64,000 nt of DNA. Source: Eutreptiella sp. 'Long Island Sound 2002' (lineage: Eukaryota; Protista; Euglenida). Location: positions 80,538,001 to 80,602,000 of the forward strand of contig OZ038378.1 in the NCBI GenBank assembly GCA_964036045.1. Reading direction: 5' to 3'. A model generated the notes under the pieces. It had not been told where the DNA came from. It searched no databases and worked only from the letters and a program-made list of their open reading frames with translations. Below are positions 24,659-38,274 of this stretch, piece by piece (the first letter of the stretch is position 1; the number at the start of each line of letters is the position of its first letter). The translations under genes and the position numbers were made by a program.

Positions 24659-27369
24659 TTGCGGTGTTGCCGTGTTTTGGTGTCTAGTATGTTTTTTCGG
24701 GCGACCCCCTCCCCCCCCCCCCCCCCGGAGATTTGCAGCAAACACTCTGTGGACATGCATTCGGCCGTTGTGCTGTGGTGGTCGTGCTGTGTTTTCTTGC
24801 TTGGTCAGGATGTTGCTGTGGCTACTTCCTTGAAAACGGACCTTCGCTACGCATTTCGGAGATACCTCCCCCCCCTTGACGCCTTCCTTGACTGTTTCTT
24901 TATTGTTGGCGGCTTCATGGCGTGCAGGACATAGCACCCACCTACGCCGTGGGCCAGGCAGACATAGGAAAGATGGTCGTGTTGGAGGACGCGGAGTATT
25001 GGACCTGTGTGTGGGTGGAACAGGGGGGCCTCGATTGGATTATGGTCACCATGAGCAGGCTGGTGCGGCAGCGGTATAGGGGCCCTGCCTGCTACGGGGT
25101 CCTCCGGGACCATCTGCGGTTCTTGGGTCCCTTGCACCGGGCGTGCAGGTGCACGCCCGAGAACATCCCGCAGACACTAGCCGTGTTTGTAGATGTGATG
25201 AAGGAACCACGTGTCCCGGGGCAGGAGGTATGGCCCGTAGCCCTGAGCAACATGTGGCAGTCTGGGCAGGCGGCGGCCATGTGTAAGCTGTTGCGAGGGC
25301 ACGCGACGGCCCTTCCACGGGCGCCGGCAGCGCAGTCGTCCAGCAACCGGCCGGCGGCCTCCCTGGCAATGTTGCATGGTGGGCCACGGGCGTGGTGCTG
25401 GGTCATTGTGGCGCTGGAGCCGCACTCCTCTGCGCTGCGCATGTACGACCGCGGGGAGTCAACCGAGCATGGTCCGCCCTGCGGGCCTGGAGGCCCTGCA
25501 CCTCGGTGCCTTGAGCGGCGACCTTGGCACAGTGCTATACCTCCAGGGGACCGTCTTGGGATCAGCGGCGCTCCAGTTCCACAGGCACTACGGATGAAAT
25601 GCCTTCTGCCTGGTCATGGCTGAGACTATGGCGCCGTGGCTCGGGGCGTTTTCCACCTCCCGCTGGACGGTCGCATGTGATTGGGGGAAGTATGCCAATG
25701 CGTGGCGCCGGTGGGTGGAGCGGCAATTCCCTGCGGAGGGAATGTTGAACCTGCCACAGCTGCCCATTGTGCTTCCGGTCCGGCCAGCCTTCCCTGTGCT
25801 CGCAGTTGCGAGGGTGGTCCCGAAGGCAGCACCGCACCCTCCCCCCGAAAAGGGCCTCAGCTGAGCGTATGGCAACTGCACTAACATCAAGGCGACGCTG
25901 CAATATTTCGGGGGACAACTGGCCACGGAGCAGTGTGGGACAAGCGAGCTGAACGTCTGCCCCTGGTCTAAGCTGGAGGGGGCGGGCCAGTGCCCGTGGC
26001 GGGCCGGCCGACATTTGAAGGCCAGCTGCCTCCACCCCAGGGACCTCGTGGACCACTTGGCGAGGGACCATGGGTCGGACCCGACGCAGCGTGAGCAAGC
26101 GGAGGCCATGATCAAGGGCGTCATGCCTAGTGGACCGTCGGGGCCCTTGGCGGTGGCCAGGGCTGTCTCGTCGACGCTCATGCCGCCTACAGGAGTCCAG
26201 CCTTGAGGAGCGCAGGAGGCGTCATCATCAGCGGTGTTGAGAGGTGCTCATGGGGCTGCGGCGGTGTCTTTGACGGGCGGCAAGGGAGGAGGCTCAGGAG
26301 CTGCCCACAGTGAAGCCACACGGGCTTCCGCAGTGCCCTGTGGGGCGTGGCCGGCGGCAACCTCCTCCGGAGGTGAGCGGTAGGGGTCGGCGCCCGGTCG
26401 TGCCGAGGGATCGACGCACTCGGCGCCCAGTGCCGGGGCCGCCGGCCCTCCTTCTTCCGGCGAACCGGGCCCCGCTGATGATCCGGATCCGGCAGCGATG
26501 CCGTGAAGGGATCCCGCCCATGACGCCCGGAGTGCAGTGTCTTTGAACGTCCAAGGTTCGATGCGGGGTGACGGCGTGTCCACGGCCTCGGGCATGCTGG
26601 ACACTGAGGCGGTTGCAGCGGGCGTTTGAAAGGCAGAAGGTGCCATTCTGGGTCTCTTCCGGAAGACGGGCCTGCAGGACCCCCAGGGCGTGGTACATAT
26701 GGAGAATCATTGGAGTCTCCATGGGTACCATACGCGCCTCGGCGTCCATTCCCAGGCGGCGTCGGCGGCTGCGGTACGTGGCGGTCTCTTGATTGCCCTT
26801 CAAGCGGACGTGTTCGCTGCGGGGGAGGTTGGAGATGTGGTGACCATGGCCCTCGATGGGGTTACCGCAGGTGGGACGTTCACAGTCATCAATGTCCACT
26901 GCCTGGGCAGTGGCGGTGACTCCTCGGCGTCTAAGGCGTTTTTGTGGGCTGACGGGGCCATGTATGCGGCAGCCAAGAGCGCGGGAGGCACGAGGCTGGT
27001 GCTCATCGAGGGGGACTTCAACATATGACTGGAGTCCCCAGGACACCCCACCACGAAGCGGTTTGTGGCCCTATGGGAACAGTGTGGGTTTCAGAGGGCG
27101 GGACAAGCGGCAGAGGAAGACCATCAACGTATGCGTGCACGGCATAAGTGCACTCCTTCTCGCTCAACGCACCGCTGGTTCCGTGGGCAATGTGTGAGCG
27201 CCCGTACCCGGTGCCGGGGAGGTCTCCTGCGGCGCTAGGGTCTGACCACAGCCCCGTGGTCCTGCGCATCCCACTGGCAGTAGCTACCAAGGAGAGGATC
27301 ACACGGCTGGCTTACTCGCACGCTCAGGCCAGGCTGCACCACGGGGGGGCGGCCGGGAACGGTCGTTGT

Positions 27370-30238
27370 ATGCGACACCCCCCAGGCCCCTCCCCCCCTC
27401 GGTTTTGAAAGATAGTGGTGCCGGGGCGGCCAACAGCAAGTGTCCCTACAGAAAACTGTCCGGCGCCGAAGGCGCCAATTTTTTTTTTCATACTATGTGT
27501 TTATACTCAAAATGCTCAAATTTTTGTAGAGAATTCATATTTGGGCTATAGGAGGGCTGCAGGCCCTAATAGCAACCCTAGCCCTAACCCCAACCCTAAC
27601 CCTAATCCTAACTCTAGGCCTAACTCTAACCGTAGGGCTAATCAAGACTGAATATTGGGACCGAGCTGGTGGGGGAGGGAACATCAGCTATGACTGGTGA
27701 GGGACATCAAGAATGATTTACACATTGATGGCTCTTGACAAAGTGAAATCAGCCTGCAAGTGAACCCCATCACCACAAGGCCCACTTTGAAGGCTTTTTG
27801 GACTTCTAAGGGGCCAAAATGCCCCAAAATGGGCTCAAAATGGGCTCATGTCACCCGTTTGTGCACCCCAAATTGTCTAGGATGAGGTTTGGAAAAATGC
27901 GTTTTTGAGCCATTTTTGACCCATTTTTGGTCACAACACAGCCCACTTTCAAGGCATTTTGGGATTTTCGGAGGACCAAACTGGGCCGCCACAAGCTCAA
28001 AACGGTCCAAAAACACTTGTTTTAGCGTTGCACATGGTCTAGGACCAATTTTTGGAAAAGTCATCTTTTTGCCCCTACTGGACCCTGTTGAACCATTTGG
28101 GCACCCACCTTTTTGGGCTTGAGCTTGCAGCTTGCCGCAGCCTAGTGGGCCTAGGTATTGGGGTCTAGGCGTCCGTTTGGGTAATTCTGAGGGGTGGAAA
28201 CCAAAAAAAGTGGGGGGTTGTTGGTGGAGTAGGTGCCCTCGGAATCGCATTTTGAGCCATGTAGCCAAAGATATGGGGTGTTCTTGGTTCGTGGCTGTCG
28301 GCATTTGGAGCTTCTTGGGCCTTTTTGGGCCGTTTCCGAGACATATCATGGAGTTAGAGGGCTGCAAAGAGCTCGTTGACACGGGGAAGTCAAGCCGCAC
28401 GTGCAGTGTACCCGCCGTTTCCCTTCATTTGGCCGTTTTGAATGTGTTCCAGGGCTTTTTTAGTCTAAAATTGGCTATTTTTGGCCTTGAACTGCAGCTT
28501 TTGAGATTGAGGTCCGCGACTTGGGAATCCCGTTCCCGACCGCCACCGTTGAGTTTCTCGCTCAAACTTTGTGTGATTGTACTTCACACCCATAGGTATC
28601 ATCCACCGAAATTTCAGCCGAATTTGAAGCACCACGACAGAATTCTGATTTTTTACCCATTTCGCGCGTGCTGCTGCTTGCTTGCTTGCTGCTGCTGCTT
28701 GCTTGCTGCTGCTGTTGCTGCTAAACCTAGTAGGTCCACCCTAGACAATAAAAAGGGTTATAAAACCAAGACTGGTTCCACCAGCTCGGTGACCTTAACC
28801 CTAACCTTAACCCTGATCAAGACTGAATATTGGGACCGAGCTGGTGGGGGAGGGAGCATCAACTAAGAATGGTGAGGGACACCAATGAGTCACACATTGA
28901 AGGCCGTTGACAGAGTGGAATGAGCTTGCAAGTGATCCCCATCACCACAAGGCCCACTTTCAAGGCTTTTTTGGACTTCTGAGGTGCCAAATTCCCCCAA
29001 AATGGGCTCAAAATGGGCTCATTTCACCCGTTGGTGCACCCCAAATGGTCTAGGATGAGTTTTGGAAAAATGTGTTTTTGTCACATTTTTGACCCATTTT
29101 TAGTCCCAAAACAGCCCATTTTCAAGGCATTTTGGGATTTTTCGGAGGACCAAAATGGACCACCACAAGCTCAAAACGGTCCAAAAACACTTGTTTTAGC
29201 ATCACACATGGTGTAGGATCATTTTTGAAAAAAAAATTTTTTTGCCCCTATTGGACCTTGTTGACCCATTCGGGCACCCACCTGTTTGGGCTTGAGCTTG
29301 CAGCTTGCCGCAGCCTGCTGGGGCTATGTATGGGGGTCTAGGCGTTGGTTTGGGCAATTCTGAGGGGTGGAAACCACGAAAAGTGGGGGGTTGCGGGTGG
29401 ACTAGATGCCCTCGGAATCGCGTTTTGGACCATGTAGCCAAAGATATGGCCTGTTCTTGGTTTGTGGCCGTCGCCAGCCAATCTGCACAAAATTTGGGGC
29501 TTCTGGGGTCTTTTTGGGCTGTTTCAAGGACATATGGTGGAGTTAGAGGGCCGCAAAGGGCTCGTTGACACAAGACAGTCAAGCCGCACGTGGATTGTAC
29601 CCACCGTTTCCCTTTGCTTGGCCGGTTAGAATGGGTTCTAGGGCTTTTTTGGCCCAAAAATGGCTGTTTTGGCCCTAAGCTGCAGTTTTTGAAACTGAGG
29701 TCCGCCACTTGCGACAGCTTTTCCCGGCCGCCACCGTTGAGTTTCTGGCTCATACTTTGTAGGATTGTCCCTCACACCCATAGGTATCATCCACCAAAAT
29801 TTCAGCCAAATCCGAAGCACCACGACGGAATTCTGATTTTTCCCCATTTCGCGTGTGCTGCTGCTTGCTTGCTGCTTGCTTGCTGCTTGCTTGCTACTTG
29901 CTGCTTGCTACTAAACCTGGTAGGTCCACGCTAGACACTAAAAAGGGTTATATAACCAAGACTGGTTCCACCAGCTCGGTGACCCTAACCCTAACCCCCC
30001 CCCTCACCCCATCCGACGCCCCCCTGACCCCCGGCTAGACCCGCCCCCGGACCCCCTGGCAGGACCCCCCTCAGACCCCAGGTAGGACCCCCCCCGACCC
30101 CCAGCCAGATCCCCCCCCGATCCCCGGCTGGAGCCCCCTCCGACCCCCGGCTGGACCCCCCCCCAACCCCCGGCCGCCCCCCCCCCCCCAACTCCCCCCC
30201 CCCCAAGTTTTGACAGATAGCTGGGGGGTATGTCGCAT
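27370..30238. mobile_element. TIR-bounded non-coding insert with two ~1.18-kb tandem units delimited by telomere-like repeats
   Basis: Ends atgcgacaccccccag and ctggggggtatgtcgcat; units ~27640-28815 and ~28816-29995; CCCTAA-like tracts at 27575-27630, 28793-28815 and 29982-29998. Confidence 0.75.
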
Positions 30239-31452
30239 CAGGACCGGTTGTAGTCGCCCCCCCGTGGGCTGCACGCCATACGTCCGGACTCACGGGGGGT
30301 CCGCGAGGCGGCGGCGGCAGTGCTGCAGCGGGCCTGTTATGATACGGCGCTTCGGGAGTGGCGCTGGTTGGATCACGACACAGCCACCATGGGCTCCCTG
30401 GAGGTTCAGCCGGTCTTCAACGTGCCCTATGCCTTTCGTGACGAGGTGTCGCGAGTGACGGGGGTGCGCATGCCATCAGACATGGACCCGCAGTACCCGT
30501 ATGGACAAGCGGAGATGGAGGCGCCTCTGTCCCGGTCCTCACGGATCAGCAGGCCCTCAGGTGGCGAGCCCATGAGTTATGGAACCGGGACGCGGCGGCT
30601 GCAGGGCTCGCCTTCAGAGAAGCAACAGCACCTCCCGCTGTTCCACCCCAATTTGTCCCCCGCCACCAGGAAGGCCCTGCGCGATGCTTTGGACCAATAG
30701 CTTCAGTACCTTGACCAGCGCGTGGAAGAGCACAGGGGTGTCCGCACATGCAACCGGCGCAGGTTTATCAAGGACCACCGGGGCAAGAATATGGATTTAC
30801 AACTCCGGTGGACGGCGATCTGCGGGGCCATCAACATGGTCAGCTACGCTCTCTCCGGCTTATGGTCGGTGCGCGTCCAGTGAGCGTCCGGGAGTGGGAG
30901 AAAGTGCTGATGGAGGCCTCAGAGGTCATTGGGCAGGTCCAGAGGTACTAGGAGGCGCTGTATGCCAAGAGGCCTGTGAACCTACCGGCCTTTGAAAGGC
31001 TCGTCCCGGCCCACATCCCTCGGGGTGTGCCTGACGAGTGGAAGTCGGTAGAGGACTACACCCTACAGGACCTCAACGACGCTGGGAAGCAGGTCGTGGC
31101 GGACGACAAGGCGCCGGGGTCCAATAGAGTCATGGCGGCCCTCGTCGCGAAGCTGCCCTAGCCGCCGCAAGGGCTCCTAGTACACGCTTACCGGGCCATC
31201 CTTCGTGGTGCGGAAGTCCCGGAGTTGTGGCATGAGGCCGTCATCTGGCTGATGCCCGAGGGCACGACCACGGGGGTCTTGGATGTGTATAGCCCAATAG
31301 CGTTGGGACAACAAGACATGAGAATGTTAATGACCCCCCTCATTAGTTGGTTCATGGCAGTCTTGGCTGGTAAGGGACTTGTTGCAGGCTAGCAGTTCGG
31401 AGCCATACCAGGCTCAACGGCGGCAGCCCTGGTGTTTTTGGCATAGCGCAGA

Positions 31453-32826
31453 GTGCAGAGGGGGCAGGAGGAGAATCATGTCCTGGCCTTTGATGTCTTC
31501 AAGGCCTTTGAACCCGCCCCGCATTGGGCACTGGCTTTCCTCCTGCACCACCTGGGGGTCCCGGAGAAGCTTATAAAGCTTTTCCATACCCTTAGCTGCG
31601 CCTCCGCAGTGCGCAATGTCACAGCGCATGGTCCCACCGTGAGCATCCGCTTCCATCGAGGTTTGAGGCAAGGCAGCGCGGAAAGCGCCGTGCTCTACCT
31701 CCTCCTCCTCGAACCCCTCTTGCGGAGCCTTGCACGCAAAGCCCATCCGGATACCCGCCACGCTGTGCCGCCTCTGGTACAAGCATATTGTGACGACCTC
31801 TCGCTGATAGCGCACTCCTTACCGCAGCTCCTGGAGTATGCAGCGGCACTTGCGCAGTACCTCGGAGACATGGGCATGTCCCTCAATGTTGGGAAGAGTG
31901 GGTACGCCACTACCTCTTGCGTCCCCTCCATCATGGTGCACCTGAACCCCAACAACGCGGTAAATCCATGGGTACGTGTGGTGGCCAAGAGTACTGTGCC
32001 GTACCTGGGCCTCAGACTGGATCAGAAAGGAATGGCACCCATGAAGGACAAGCCTTTACTCCGCTGCAAAGGTCTCGTGGGCTGGTGCAAGAACACCTTG
32101 GGGCCGGCGTTAGTACCCCATGAGGTGATGGTAGCAGTGGTGGGTGGCTGTGTGCGGTACGCGGCGCCGTACCCGTCGGACACGGCGGAGCAGGTGGTGA
32201 GGTTGAATGCTGCCATCAAGACTGCGGCCTTGCAGCTTGAAAACCTGCCCAAAGACCTGTCCAACGTTGCGTCCCGGTATGGTAAAGGGCATAAATTGGC
32301 GCATATTCGGGTGCTGTGCCGTGACTCCGTGGTAATTACTTTGGCTCAGCTGACGCATCATCGCTCGGCTGTGATTAAAGATGAATGGAGAGCCCTGTGT
32401 GATGATCGGCACACACAGTACGGGGTGTGCAGTCAGTTCATGATTCCTTCCACGTCGTTCGCGTTGCATGCATCAGACACGTGGGTCGACCGAGTGCTCA
32501 GAGCGATGGGGACGTCTGGAGTAGGACTCCTCATGCCGTCATCAGTGTATTTGTGCGTGCATGCCCATCTGCCGCAAGTGCAATGGGCTGGACGGCGATG
32601 GGCGACCCGGTCCTACACCTTCAAGGGTAGAGACATCTGTGTGATCTGTGCGCCCTGCACGGACGCGGCGGTTAGCTCCCTTACCGATCCGGCGAATGAC
32701 CTCCTACACGCGCGGCTTCCATGCCATGAGCCCGGAAACTGGGCCGTACAAGTTCGGGAGTGTCACGAGGACGATCTGCACCTTCCCAATGCGGGAGTTG
32801 GGCCGACTCAGCTGGACCATGTGTAG
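31453..32826 (+). pseudogene. LINE-B reverse transcriptase core
   Basis: FDVFKAF, RQGSAES, YCDD and YLG motifs. Confidence 0.9.
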
Positions 32827-33865
32827 CTACCGGATCTCCAAGCGGTCTTCCAGTCCCGGATGCCCAGTGCCCCGAGTCATCGTCTGCTTCACCCGGTGCG
32901 ACACAAAAAAGCCACCAAGCGCTCAAGGCAGTCCGCTACGGGCGATCTGTATGTAGTGGGAGGGTATAGGGACAGCGACTGGAACCCGGATTGTCCAGGA
33001 CCTTCCATGCTGTTCGTTCCGCTGGCCGCCCTGATGTTCTTATTGGGGGATGTCTTCGACGGTTATCAGTAACAGGACGATACGGCGTCCATCCAGCTTC
33101 TTACGCCCTTTGCCGGGCGCGGTCTTAGCCCTCCGCCTCTGTTGGTTCTACGCGGGAGGTTGGCGTTTGACAGGGCATGCAAGGCGGTGTGGGGACGAGA
33201 GGAGTGGGCCATAGTCCTACTACCGCCGTCAATCCCTGCCCGTGATGCTGGTGAGAGTGCGGGTATGGAGGTGGTCAGGGTGGACAAAGTACCACATGAT
33301 CCGCACTTTGCTATCACTTCGCTCCGCGAAGGTGGGGTGGTGGAGAAGGGATGGTGGTGGTGTATCAGCCGCTCCGCTCCACGACCATATGGGGAGCGAA
33401 ATATACCACAACCCTGAACGCCATCAAGTCCCACTGCCGATGTGACGTACACTGGGGGCCACATGGAGTGTACCCTTTGTACCCGTATGAAAAGTAGTTT
33501 TGTTCACCATAAATGGTTTTATGAAATTTGAACGGATTTTGCTCTTGCTAGGATACCCATGGGCCATTTTCGTTCAAAAGTGGGGGGCTTGGGTCAACAC
33601 CTTTGAGGTGAGCTTTTTTTGTGGACCGGGGTTTTTTGGGAAAATTGCCATTTTTGCCAGTTTTTGAAAATTATGAAAACATCCTCCCCTGTTCATACTT
33701 CGGTTCATAATTCAATTCATAATTCAAAACTCGTTTTATGAACGCGCCGATCGTTTTATGAATGCGTTTTATGAACGCTTTTTATGAACAGATGCACAAG
33801 CACACAAAAACCGCTCAATTTTCAATTTGTCTTGTACTTGCTTATCCTTGCTTGTCCTTGCTTGT

Positions 33866-34405
33866 TCATGCCGCCCTAAACCTCATGGGTCGGGCTTGTC
33901 GGGTCCTCCCAAAGGGGGACCGTGGCCTGGGTTTCGCCCCCATCGGGGGCCTGGTCATGGGTTTGGGTAGGTGGTTAGGCTGCCGGTTTGGCCAAGGGTT
34001 GCGCTGGGGCATCCACCTCCATGGGTGCGGCCTCAGGGGCAGCTTTAGGCTTGGGCTCAGGGGCCTACTTAGCCTGAGGCTTGGGTTTAGGCGTAGCTCG
34101 CTTGGGGGCCGGCTTAGGCGGCGGGTCAGCATCCGGCTTGGGGTTAGGCTTCTTTTTGGCCTTCGCGGCCTTCTTACCTGCAGCTGCAGCCTTATGCTGC
34201 TCCCAATGGTCAATGCTGGAGCATGAGAGGCATACGACAGATGTCTTTCAAGCCAAAACATCTCCTTTTCCCCTTGGTGTTCCACCCACACGCTCCCCCG
34301 CGCCCCCCCCACAACGGAGGGTACAACCCCCGGGTAGACACCATCCGTGTAGGTAACATACACCTGTTTACCAAGCAGGGGGTCGGGTGAATCATTCCCC
34401 TCCAA
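33866..34405 (-). pseudogene. Tudor-like domain followed by Lys/Pro-rich tail
   Basis: LLGKQVYVTYTDGVYPGVV...VWVEHQGEKEMFW has a Tudor-like pattern; a shifted frame reads AAAAGKKAAKAKKKPNPKP. Confidence 0.4.
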
Positions 34406-35094
34406 AGACGGGGGTTCCTCGCGCTGCTGTTACTGCTGGGGCTGCTTCCCCTTCATCCACTTCCCATGACCACGGGTGTGTGCCTCGTGCGACGATGAGC
34501 TGCTGCCCGATTCGAAGGACTTGCGCTTTCGAGCTCAAGGCTTTTTGGGTTGCCACGGTTTGGGGGTTGGGGGGGGAGGGGGGCAGGGCAGGGGGTTTGG
34601 GCTTCTGGGCGGGGGGTCGGGGCTTTGCTGGGGAGGCGCTGCGGGGGCTGCCGGTGGTGGGGGGGCTCAACCCACATTTGGAAAGCACGATCTCCTTGTC
34701 AGCACACCCCTCCCACCCCAGCTCCCCCACGCTCGCTAGTTGGGTGTATTCGCCGCCCACATGTCCTTTAGGCGGCGGGAGCACTCCCACTCCCGCAGCC
34801 CGGACAAGATGGCGCACCCCCCGTTGGTCGTTGAGGAGAAGCCACAGGGGGCCGACCCTCGTCGGGACCTGACCCCAAAGGGGGGGGGGGGGGGGGCACC
34901 CCCCCCTCCTCTACGGACCCCGAAATTGTCGTAGGGAACAATGTGCTTTGTCGACGCCAGAGGCGCCGCAGATTTTGTTTTAGGCATACGCTAGGGAGAA
35001 ATTTTTTTATTCGACCCCATTTGTCTCTACTCAAAATACTCAAAAATTCGTGGAGAATTCAAAAATGGCTGAAAAGCACAAAAAGGTTACGTAG

Positions 35095-35360
35095 CCGCCT
35101 TGCCCACTTTTGGGCCACTTGTGATTCTGCCCGCCGCTTTGAAGCGGAGGGGCTCCCCGAGACGGCAGGGGTTATGTAGCCACCTTGCCCACTTGTGGGC
35201 CACTTCTGATTCAGTCCCCCGCTCTAAAGCGGAGGGCCTCCCCGAGACGGCAGGGGTTATGTAGTCAGTCGCCTTACCCATCGGTGGGCCAATTCTGATT
35301 TAGTCCCCCGCTCTGAAGCGGAGAGGCCCCCGAGACGGCAGGGGTTATGTAGCCACCGTT
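35095..35360. repeat. ~80-nt tandem repeat, about 3 copies
   Basis: gggccacttctgatt...gaagcggagg...ccccgagacggcaggggttatgtag is repeated. Confidence 0.85.
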
Positions 35361-36029
35361 ATGTCGCCGGAACACATTACCACGTGTGAATATCATGGTT
35401 TGTTGCAAGCAGCCGAGAACACCGATTAATTGCTGTTTGTGGCTTTTGAGGGTCGTCGCTTCCACGTTCAATAGTTGTTGAACATTGTCGTGAATTCAAA
35501 CCTGCAGGGTGCAACACAGAATTATCATCCACTATTGCGCAACCAAAAACCAGCATCCCCTCAAGCTATTCTCACCAACCCCCAAAAAAACGAATGTGTC
35601 CGGCCGTTTGATATTTTTCGCGCTCTCGTGAACTACAACGACAAGAAATGCAGCATCGGTTTTTTTTGTGGTAAAGGTTATGCATGCAGGGCGCCAAACG
35701 TTCCCCAGCGTTGCAGAATTCGAAGGCAGTCCCTATGAAATCCACTGCCAATTCATGCCTTTTTAGTTTTTGGGTGATGCCGGCGTTGTCCATTGGAATG
35801 GGCGTTTCTTGCAAAAGGTGCACAGTGTTTGTGCTGCGGATGCACATTTCGTTGCACCAACTGCAACGGTGGAGAGGTTGTGGCAGTTCTTGCACAATCA
35901 CATTGAACAGCTTTCGCGCTTTGTGATGCATGTCCCCTTGCCAAAGGCAATGCCGCTTCTGCCGTATGCGGCGCTAGGTTTTGCCCAATACCGTGAGCAG
36001 CTCAGGAATGCTCCAAGAGCAAAACGTAT

Positions 36030-36645
36030 GCCCTGCCCTCTTCCGAATTGCGACAGATTTTTCATGCAGACTCCAATGCGGTCGCATATTGCTAGGCATT
36101 TTTTGCGAGGCCATAGGTGGGCCGGCCAAAAGGGTGCGGATAAAGGCGCCTTTTGCTTGTGGTGTGGCAACACAGATGGCAAGTGCAGCACAAGTGTGTA
36201 TGGCAAGAAAATTGACTGCAATTGCACTCTCGCGTACTATCGGCTACGCCTCAATAGCGCGGCAACCGCAACAGCGATGAACCCTAGCAGCAACTTGCCA
36301 GTTCGCTGCAAGGTGCTTGATTGCCGAAAAAATGGCATTGCACCCACGCCATGCCACACCACATGGCACAAGCACACCCCGGTGTGTCTCATGACTATGC
36401 CGGGTGCAGCGAAAAGGAGAAAACACAGGTGTTGCAAGCCTTTGACAATTTCCGGGCCCCATTGCCACCGAAGGCGAAGCCTGCTGCGCCGCCGCCGGAT
36501 GATTCGGATGCTTCAGGCGCCTCCCCTCCCGGCTTCCCGAGAGATATGTCTGTGGTTTGTGACAAGGGGTAGGGAAGCCCTTTGGGCGAACTCAAGGCAA
36601 CATTTAGTACTGCTAACGTGCTGCATTGCAGCAAAACAATCATGA
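36030..36645 (+). pseudogene. Cys/His-rich putative Zn-binding protein, paralogue of 48593-49369
   Basis: MRSHIARHFLRGH...CLWCG...NPSSNLPVRC compared with LRTHIGQHILRGH...CGFCG...NPCTNRPVNC. Confidence 0.6.
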
Positions 36646-38274
36646 GCTATGACCGGTCATAGTGCTTCTTGTTAGCTTTGTGTGTTTGCGCGCTTGGACG
36701 GGGCCTGAAGGAAAAGGTGCTTGGTTTGGGTCAACGAAGGGGGGGGGGGTTCCCCCCCCCTTTGGAGGGGCGTGGGGGTCCCCCCCTATAGCCCCCCAAA
36801 CTGTCGAACACCCCTAAGGGTCACAGATTGGCTGGCGGCGGCCCCCGTGGGAGCAGCACCTGGTACAGGGCGGGCAAGGCGATGCTGGACTCGGCGGTGG
36901 CGAACCGGTACCGGATGCGGACCCCCGCAAGGTCCGCCGGGTTCACTTCCAGGTCCACGACCTCTGACAGTGCCGTACATAAAATGCGTTCAGTAAACGC
37001 GTTCATAAAACGAGTTCATGGTTCATAAACGCGCAGTGCAGAGTCGCTGATATATGGACGACGAATTATGAACGAATTATGAACGTATTATGAACGCACA
37101 TACCTCAAAATCCGGCTCTGGTCTGATGGTGCCCATGGCACCAAGGGTGGTCCCCACATTCGTAGCAGCGCTGGGAGGTGTGCCCTGGGGTGCGCCTTTG
37201 GGGGCTCTGGTGCTGCTGGTGGCCGGGGCTGCCCGGCCAAGGGGCTTGATGGGGCGGGTGATGGTGAGGCCCTCCATGGCCCCCTCGTACAATGCCTCCT
37301 GCCCCGAGTCATGCACCCCCCCCCCCCCCCCGCAAAATCGATTCCCATTGGGGGATGCACTCGAACTTGCGCCCGTAGCGCGCCAGCTTCACCCACCCCC
37401 TTTCCTGACAGTGGAGGAACAACACCTCCCAATAGGAGCCCCGCATCAAGGCCCCCCGCGGCCCCCTAAAATCTTTGGACGGCGTTAAATCCCCAGCCCC
37501 AATTGGTTCGGGGATGGGGCACAGGGGCTTTCGCGGCAGGGGCATCCATGCCCATGCCCCCCCCCCCCCCGTGTACCGCCACGCCCCCCCCCCTCACCCT
37601 TGTTGCGGATGCAGCGCCCCAAAAGGCGGCGAAATGCACAGCGCAGGGTGATGTATGTCACCTCAAGGCTCGAAAAAAGGGGGGCATCGGGGGAGTATTC
37701 ACTGTCGAGCGCTCCTTACGCCCACAGAAGGGCCAGCACGTTGCGCTATTTGGCGTGCCTCAGGCCCCACGCATGCCCCCCCCCCATCAACCAGGGGGTC
37801 ACAATCAACCCCCCCCCCCCTTGCGTCCCCCTCCACCGCCATGTCCTCGATCTCGGGCTTCACCTCCTCGATGTCGGTCCCGGCCTCCTCCTCCTTCACC
37901 CCCTTCCCTCCCGCTGCCTTCTTCTTCTTCCTCTTCTCCTCCTTTTTCTTCTCCGTCTTCCTCTTCTCCTCCTCCTTCTTCTTCTCCTTTTTCCTCCTCT
38001 TCCTCTCCTACTCCGAGGAGTCTCTTGACTCCTCACTCGAGGAGTCGGTGGCGGGTGGGGCGGCGTGCCGAGCTGCGTGGGATTGGTGGTGGGCTTGAGG
38101 AGGCGGAGGAGCTTGAGGTCGAGGTGGAGGTGGAGGTGGAGCTTGAGGCTGAGCAGCAGCTGGAGCATGGGCTGCCATTGGCTACTCCTGTAGACATGGG
38201 GGACGGTGTTGATAAATCATTCATACAAGCGGTTCATAATTCATCAGTTCATAAATGAGTTCATAATTCATTCA

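Larger units (their letters stand above)
24660..33450 (+). mobile_element. LINE-B: decayed APE-RT non-LTR element, interrupted at 27370-30238
   Basis: C2H2-like CPW...C...LVDHLARDH (~25950-26070); APE IEGDFNI (~27010) and GSDHSPV (~27240); RT *QFG, FDVFKAFE, GLRQGSAES, AYCDD, YLG (31390-32030); many in-frame TAG stops. Confidence 0.85.
33480..37100. mobile_element. DNA-transposon-like element with TTATGAAC/GTTCATAA subterminal arrays
   Basis: ttttatgaac x4 at 33730-33790, inverted gttcataaa x3 at 36990-37030; a further array at 38220-38275. Confidence 0.55.

Noticed and set aside
27575-29998. True chromosome end
   Set aside because: The tracts are short, degenerate and internal to an insert within LINE-B.
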